Origin: Limisphaerales bacterium
GTDB taxonomy: Bacteria > Verrucomicrobiota > Verrucomicrobiia > Limisphaerales > SIBE01
DNA length: 42,045 bases
NCBI GenBank assembly: GCA_044225505.1
Contig: JBGAIN010000060.1
Span: forward strand, 1 to 42,045
Reading direction: 5' to 3'
The notes under the pieces are model-generated. The model saw only the letters and a program-made list of their open reading frames with translations. It ran no database searches and was not told the DNA's origin. The position numbers were made by a program, and so were the translations under genes. Below, piece by piece: positions 37,113 through 42,045 of this stretch (position 1 is its first letter; the number at the start of each line of letters is the position of its first letter).

Positions 37113-37298
37113 ATGAACAAACCTGTAAACGTCAGCGATTGGGTAGGCATGTTCCGAGACATCGGACTCGACCAGGCCAAAATGGAGCAATGGCATCGCC
37201 TGTTTGAAGCCCGTCACCCGGCTTCGCACCAGAGCTTCCTGGAATGGCTCGGGCTTAAGCCGGACGAAATTGATCGAATCCGGGCCAAGAGCAAGTAA
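37113..37298 (+). CDS. 61-aa protein homologous to the C-terminal domain of the adjacent MerR regulator
   Basis: W..M....G.DQ..M..WH..FEAR.P..HQ.FL..LG..P.E.DRIR shared with the MerR C-terminus. Confidence 0.85.
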   Translation: MNKPVNVSDWVGMFRDIGLDQAKMEQWHRLFEARHPASHQSFLEWLGLKPDEIDRIRAKSK

Positions 37299-37305
37299 TT
37301 GTCAC

Positions 37306-37336
37306 AGGCATGGCGGCACCCGTCGCTGCCATGCCT
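37306..37336 (+). other. Strong hairpin between the mini-gene and merR (attenuator, RNA stabiliser or operator)
   Basis: AGGCATGGCGGC-7 nt-GCTGCCATGCCT (12 bp with one G-U pair); no U tract. Confidence 0.6.
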
Positions 37337-37347
37337 CTATGGCATGT

Positions 37348-37899
37348 ATGAAGACGTATTCGATTTCACAGATCGCCCGCGCCGGTGGGCTTTCTCGCAG
37401 CACGCTTCTCTATTACGACCGTCTTGGGCTGCTGCGTTCCTCGGGCAGAACCGGGGTTGGCTACCGTTTCTACACGGAAAAGGATCTCCACCGTCTGATG
37501 CGCATCCGGCAACTTCGCGAGGCAGGGTTTCGCCTGAAGGAGATTCGTTCCGTGCTGGCCACCGGCGGGACTCCTGGAACCAGGCTGCTCGAGCAGCGAA
37601 TGCGCCAAACGGCCGAGGAGATTGTCGGATTGAAAAACCAGCAGCGGCTGCTCGCTGGAATGCTCCGCAAGGTGGCCTCCGGTAAACGACCGCGCTGTGT
37701 CGATAAACAAATGTGGATCGATATGCTGAAAGCGGCTGGCATGGACCAACGTGCCATGACCCGCTGGCACGCGGAATTCGAGGCCCGATCCCCGGACGGG
37801 CATCAGGAGTTTCTCCTTTCTTTAGGCATTCCTCCGTCTGAGGCCGACAGAATCCGAAGGCTCAGCCAAGGTGAGGCGCCCCCTGAACAGCAACCCTAG
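37348..37899 (+). CDS. MerR family transcriptional regulator
   Basis: YSISQIA...GLSRSTLLYYDRLGLL...R...GYRFY...D..RL..I..LR.AG..L.EI, then a coiled coil and C-terminal WH..FE...P..H domain. ATG 37348. Confidence 0.93.
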   Translation: MKTYSISQIARAGGLSRSTLLYYDRLGLLRSSGRTGVGYRFYTEKDLHRLMRIRQLREAGFRLKEIRSVLATGGTPGTRLLEQRMRQTAEEIVGLKNQQRLLAGMLRKVASGKRPRCVDKQMWIDMLKAAGMDQRAMTRWHAEFEARSPDGHQEFLLSLGIPPSEADRIRRLSQGEAPPEQQP

Positions 37900-37984
37900 C
37901 GAAAATGAGAATAGCCTTGTTCCGCCAAGCCCTTGGCGGCACTGTTCTGCCGCCTCGAGTTATGAATTAAGCCGCGGATCACCT

Positions 37985-38383
37985 ATGAAGACTTTTCCCC
38001 TGACTCGATTCTGGCTGAGCATGCTTGCCGGTTGCCTATCGCTGCTCGTGGGTTGCAACGCCGGTAATCACTCCAGGTTGGCACGGACTCAGTTGACGAT
38101 CTCCGTGTCCGCGACAGACCCAGTCCTTTTCACTGCCTCCTTCGACTTTGGCGGTTTGAAGGGCACGGTTTCCACGGTGGCCAGTTCAATCCCGACGCCC
38201 GTGCTGGAACGAACCATTGTTGGCAGTGGCCAGATGGAAATCAGTAAGCAAGATGCGTCACGCCAACTGACGGTGGATGTTTACGAAGGGAAGGACCATC
38301 CCGTGCATCTGGTCGTGCCAAGCGGGACGAAATCGGCGCGGATTGTCAAACGGCGATCGGGTTGGCAAGTGGAGAGCTTGTGA
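37985..38383 (+). CDS. Putative lipoprotein of unknown function
   Basis: MKTF-hydrophobic stretch-lipobox LVG-C; beta-rich mature part. Confidence 0.6.
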   Translation: MKTFPLTRFWLSMLAGCLSLLVGCNAGNHSRLARTQLTISVSATDPVLFTASFDFGGLKGTVSTVASSIPTPVLERTIVGSGQMEISKQDASRQLTVDVYEGKDHPVHLVVPSGTKSARIVKRRSGWQVESL

Positions 38384-38655
38384 GTCGGGGGAGCCTGGGG
38401 GCAGGGATGAATAATGGCATACTCAGTCCAATGCGCGCGGAGGGTGTCCGCCGCGCCCCGCTAGCGCCATCCACCGCTTTTCCGCGATCCAATCTCAGCG
38501 TAAGCACCCGAGCGAAAACTCGGCCCGACGCCAAGGCTGCATCCAAACCATCCCGATCGCGCGCAGTATGAAAACCAATCCTCGTGAAGGAGGGGATACG
38601 GAAATGTACGCTACTCAGGGGGGAACTGACGGGGACCGAACCCACCGGGACGAAC

Positions 38656-40341
38656 TCATTTCTCTTCGGGAATCCTCACGGCGAGGACGTTGGACACACC
38701 TGAACCTCTGGGCCCTTCGGCAGTTGGGAACACTGCGTAAACACGGTAACGGTACGTCTTGCCCGGCTCAACGTGGTGGTCTGTGGCCGTTGTCACCTTC
38801 GTGCCATCGAGCCCGATCACATTCCCAAAGTCCGTGCATTCAGCCCCAGTGCATCTCTGCACAACAGACGCGACTTCACCTGCCGCATTGTCCTCCCACT
38901 GCAGCATGACACTCCTGCTTGAGATCTTGACCGCACGAAGGCCAGTGGGTGCGTCTGCAGACGGTGGTCCAGGCTTTGGGCCGCCACTTTCTTTGACCGG
39001 GCGCATCGGAACAGGTTCGGGCCGGTTCCCGGGCGCATCGAGCTGCGCTCGAGCTAAAGCGTAACGGCTGCGAATAAATGCCTCCATCGACGCCAGTATG
39101 TCGTCAAACCCTGTATCGGAAGGCACAGTGGCACGACGTCGCGGAAAGGGATCTTTTTCGAGGGCAGGCTTAATTTCCGCATAGAGCGCGCGCAGCTTGG
39201 GAATCAGGACTTCCGGGCGAAACCACGTCTCCAGGATTCTTCGAGCTTGCCGACGATATTGCTCGAGCAGAATCGGATCGGACATCAACTGTTCCATGAG
39301 CGGCCGCCCCGGAATGGGCACTGGCCAGGCCGCGTTCCAGCCCTGCAAGACCGGCACACGACCAAAAGGCCAGTCGGCGAATCCGACATCCAGGTCCCAC
39401 GGGATGTAACTCCAGCGGCCGTCGGACGGATCCCGATAGAGATAATAATTGTGCGGGCCCCAGCCCGTGTATTGATCAAAGGCGCCGGACAAGAGCAGAA
39501 CGGCCGAAGTTTTGATGAAGCTGTCGACATCGAATTCTTGCTTCAACATCGGCATTTGTTGGGCAAGCGAACCGATGAATTGCACCAAGGCAGCGTAATC
39601 CCTCGTCTTGTCGCCGGAGTGCAGCTCGAACGCATCGTGGTACAGGGCAGGATCCGACCCCACGTAACGAAGGTCCGCTCCAGGCCCGCCATGGTCCACT
39701 TTGAACAGGGGACCTTTGGCGGACTGGAAATTGCGTTCGAGAAACGAGCGGTCAATCCGTTCCACATTGACGTAAACGCCCAGAGGTTCGCCGTTCACGT
39801 AAACGCTCGCATAATTGCAACGGGCGGCTTTGACACCTTCAGTCCGGAGAATGTCGGTGATGAGGCGTTCACTGAACAGGCTGCCGAACTGGATGGCATT
39901 ATCCAGGGCGACATGCCGCAATCCAAGGAACCGTTGGCCGGCTTTATACTTCGAAAACTCGATCAGAAATGAACGCTTATAAGGCGACTCCAGGGCAGCG
40001 GAGCTGTCCCCTTTGTAACGGATCCCCACATCCCTGATCGTTTGTCCATCCCAGTGGAAGGTGGCCGGAACAGAGACGCGCTGCGGAAGGGCGAGGTGCA
40101 TGCGGTCAAGATCCGCGCGCGCAATGTCGAGGTGAATGACCTGGATCGAATCCGGATTATAGAACCGCGCCGCGACGTCATCCGCTCGAACCGCTGGAAT
40201 GCAGCGCTCCGCAAAGAGGAAAGCGAGGAGACACGCGGCGAAAACTCGTGATCGCTTACGTTCAAGCAGTGCCCAAGGCCCTTTACGCAGAACGCCAACG
40301 GCAGCGAGCAGGCACTCAGGGATCACCAGCATTGCGTGCAC
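38656..40341 (-). CDS. CotH kinase family secreted protein with C-terminal fibronectin type III domain
   Basis: VGIRYKGDSS, K.SF.I.F, YVNGE.LGVY.NVE.ID..FL, HNYYLY, IPWDLD..F; FN3 APTGL...LQWEDN...Y.YRVYA...SN. Start uncertain. Confidence 0.9.
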   Translation of the reverse strand: MHAMLVIPECLLAAVGVLRKGPWALLERKRSRVFAACLLAFLFAERCIPAVRADDVAARFYNPDSIQVIHLDIARADLDRMHLALPQRVSVPATFHWDGQTIRDVGIRYKGDSSAALESPYKRSFLIEFSKYKAGQRFLGLRHVALDNAIQFGSLFSERLITDILRTEGVKAARCNYASVYVNGEPLGVYVNVERIDRSFLERNFQSAKGPLFKVDHGGPGADLRYVGSDPALYHDAFELHSGDKTRDYAALVQFIGSLAQQMPMLKQEFDVDSFIKTSAVLLLSGAFDQYTGWGPHNYYLYRDPSDGRWSYIPWDLDVGFADWPFGRVPVLQGWNAAWPVPIPGRPLMEQLMSDPILLEQYRRQARRILETWFRPEVLIPKLRALYAEIKPALEKDPFPRRRATVPSDTGFDDILASMEAFIRSRYALARAQLDAPGNRPEPVPMRPVKESGGPKPGPPSADAPTGLRAVKISSRSVMLQWEDNAAGEVASVVQRCTGAECTDFGNVIGLDGTKVTTATDHHVEPGKTYRYRVYAVFPTAEGPRGSGVSNVLAVRIPEEK

Positions 40342-40416
40342 TTGCGGAGCTTGGGTGAAACTTGAAACGTCGTCAATCGCTTCAAGCCACGTCGGCTTAC
40401 TCTCGACATAAATAAC

Positions 40417-40676
40417 GGCATATAAGTGACCGTGTTCCGGATTTTCAACTGGTCGGATTTTCGTTTAACGAGTTCTGCCGACGCTATGCCCGAAGTAACG
40501 GGGGGCGCTACTCCCGCGCCATTGCCGAAATCGTTGCCGACCTCCTCGACTCCTACATTCGGGTAACCGCCTATGACTTCGAGCTTTTTGAACGGGAGGT
40601 GATTGAAACCAAAGGAAGCGCCAGGTTTTTTGAAATGGCAATGGCCGAACGAAAACGGCCTTGGAGAGGCTTTTAG
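40417..40676 (+). pseudogene. Start-less open frame, possible 3' gene remnant of unknown family
   Basis: Manual translation gives ...EFCRRYARSNGGRYSRAIAEIVADLLDSYIRVTAYDFELFEREVIETKGSARFFEMAMAERKRPWRGF*, which looks protein-like but has no early standard start codon. Boundaries approximate. Confidence 0.3.
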
Positions 40677-40680
40677 GGGC

Positions 40681-40727
40681 TTGCCAAGAACGCCTTAATC
40701 ATGTTATTATTCAAGTAATAACATTAC
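40681..40727 (+). promoter_or_regulatory. TA operon promoter and operator palindrome
   Basis: TTGCCA-18 nt-TATTAT, overlapped by the perfect inverted repeat ATGTTATTA-TTCAAG-TAATAACAT (40701-40724). Confidence 0.75.
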
Positions 40728-40743
40728 TCGATAGGATGCATCT

Positions 40744-40971
40744 GTGACGCTCGAATTAAAGCTGAGGAAAGTCGGAAATTCCCTAGGCGCTGTCTTCTCA
40801 AAAGAGGCGCTGGCTCGTCTTAATGCCAAAGAGGGGGACACTCTGTTTCTTACGGAAGCGCCGGACGGTTTTCGGATTACGGCTGCCGACCCGAACTTTG
40901 CAAAACAGATGGAGTCCGCCGAGAAAATAATGCGCCGCTACCGAAACACGCTTCGAGAGCTTGCCAAGTGA
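40744..40971 (+). CDS. AbrB/MazE/SpoVT-fold antitoxin
   Basis: LKLRKVGNSLG..F.KE.L..L...EGD.L; C-terminal IMRRYRNTLRELAK; GTGA overlap with the toxin. Confidence 0.92.
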   Translation: MTLELKLRKVGNSLGAVFSKEALARLNAKEGDTLFLTEAPDGFRITAADPNFAKQMESAEKIMRRYRNTLRELAK

Positions 40972-41363
40972 AAGAGCCGCTTTGGCTCTCAAAGTCTCTA
41001 ATCCTTGCCGTCCATGACCGGCTCCTTGCCGACTACGGTGGTAGCTCCGGTCTAAGAGACGAAGGGCTTTTAGAGTCCGCTTTGGGCAAGCCCGTAAATC
41101 TTTTTGCTTACGGGAAGCCAACGCTCTTTGCCCTCGCGGCAAGCTACGCTGTTGGAATTGTGAAAAATCATCCGTTCGTGGACGGCAATAAGCGCACTGG
41201 ATTTGTTGCTGCGGCCGCATTTCTCGATTCAAACGGCATCGAGCTTGTTGCAAGCGAGGCAGATGCGACCCTAAAAACCCTTGGTCTGGCTGCGGGTGAG
41301 ATTTCAGAGGAGGAACACGCCTATTGGCTAAAAGCGAACTCGAAACTGGAAAAAAAGCCATGA
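40968..41363 (+). CDS. doc: Death-on-curing (Doc/Fic) family toxin
   Basis: H...L..YGG..GLRD.GLLESAL.KP, LAA.Y, Doc motif HPFVDGNKRT. Confidence 0.94.
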   Translation: MKEPLWLSKSLILAVHDRLLADYGGSSGLRDEGLLESALGKPVNLFAYGKPTLFALAASYAVGIVKNHPFVDGNKRTGFVAAAAFLDSNGIELVASEADATLKTLGLAAGEISEEEHAYWLKANSKLEKKP

Positions 41364-41509
41364 CGTAAAAGCAGCTCTCCCAGGGGAGCTGGCTGCCAAA
41401 GTCGGCACAACGCAGTTAGCAATTTCCCGCCTGGAAGACGCCGATTATGAGGGGCACTCCCTTTATGGATGCTCGGCACTGGATGCTTGGATGCTCGTGT
41501 CGCCGGAGA

Positions 41510-41749
41510 AAGTTTGCCGCGCGAGAGCCCTTCCTGGCTCCAGCCGCTGCCACGCAAGCTTCCAGGAATGCTTACGACCAGGCGCTCAAAGACGCGGGGG
41601 CCACCCTTCCCAAACGGGACGTCACCGACCAACGGGTCGTCCGCGAGGTGCAAGCCGGTTCGGGTGACATCATAAAATGGATCAAAGAGGTCGGTGGATG
41701 GCCCGACTTCCCCTCGCCGACAGTAGCTCATCTCGTCCCAGGACAGTAG
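41510..41749 (+). pseudogene. C-terminal fragment of a pectate lyase-like protein
   Basis: AYDQAL.DAGATLPKRD..D.RVV.EV..G.G.II...EVGGWP resembles the post-beta-helix segment of PL1-type pectate lyases; no catalytic N-terminal part upstream. Confidence 0.6.
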
Positions 41750-41909
41750 GAATCATTACTCATCGCTGGCGAGAACACCACCCACTCGCGCATTCCGTGC
41801 CATGGTCGGCCCCTTTTCACCCCTCCAAATATATGCCAAAATTCATCCCTGACTCTGTTGGCAATCGGGTATCGGCAATGCCGACAGCTGCCGGAGTGCC
41901 AGCGCCTTC

Positions 41910-42024
41910 ATGGGAACGCGGACTTCCAGTCCGCAGGAACGGGCTCGCAGAGGGAAGGCCGCGGATTATTCGAGGCGCATTCCGCCAGTCGAGGCTTCCT
42001 GCGAAATGAATTTCGCGTTCCCAT
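41910..42024. repeat. REP/REPIN-like inverted-repeat element
   Basis: Left arm ATGGGAACGCGGACTTCCAGTCCGCAGGAA; right arm TTCCTGCGAAATGAATTTCGCGTTCCCAT; each arm holds its own 7-bp hairpin. Confidence 0.7.
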
Positions 42025-42045
42025 CGATACGGAACCAAAAACTAA

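Noticed and set aside
37204..37347. N-terminal extension of the MerR ORF, or a frameshifted fusion with the 61-aa gene
   Set aside because: The MerR HTH begins at ATG 37348; the 61-aa gene has its own start and stop and matches the C-terminus, not the N-terminus.
38384..38655. Short ORFs and G-rich patch between the lipoprotein and CotH genes
   Set aside because: No recognisable protein or convincing repeat structure.

Overview
Bacterial chromosomal window, GC-rich by eye, with one N-gap (25231-25256), so probably a draft or MAG assembly. Gene content (DUF1080 x2, Tat-exported Gfo/Idh/MocA, PEP-CTERM, ECF sigma plus kinase-WD40 pair, secreted proteins ending in an RFF(R/Q)(L/V) tail) suggests PVC superphylum, most likely Verrucomicrobiota; this is an inference. 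The left part (1-25.8 kb) is mostly housekeeping and carbohydrate genes: MFS/sugar porters, a UroD/MtaA-like protein, a PgpH-like HD protein, rapA, PPi-type PFK, an XylX-like FAH protein, lptG, an IscS-like plus Mrp pair, and a HAD-IIA hydrolase split by a 22-bp tandem duplication. The right part (26-42 kb) is accessory: a 5-gene cluster (tail-fibre-like protein, M43-like metalloprotease, beta-propeller protein, ECF sigma, Ser/Thr kinase-WD40), an XRE module, a MerR regulator with a free-standing copy of its own C-terminal domain, a CotH kinase, an AbrB/Doc toxin-antitoxin pair, gene remnants and a REP-like element. Best leads: (1) an adjacent IscS-like/Mrp pair in which both proteins lack a key cofactor-binding motif (PLP Lys to Arg; no CxxC); (2) the two-gene MerR plus mini-sensor module behind a 19-bp-spacer promoter; (3) the fibre/protease/ECF-kinase cluster; (4) a shared C-terminal sorting-like tail. 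I saw no rRNA, tRNA, CRISPR array or transposase. All family calls come from motif recognition, not database searches.
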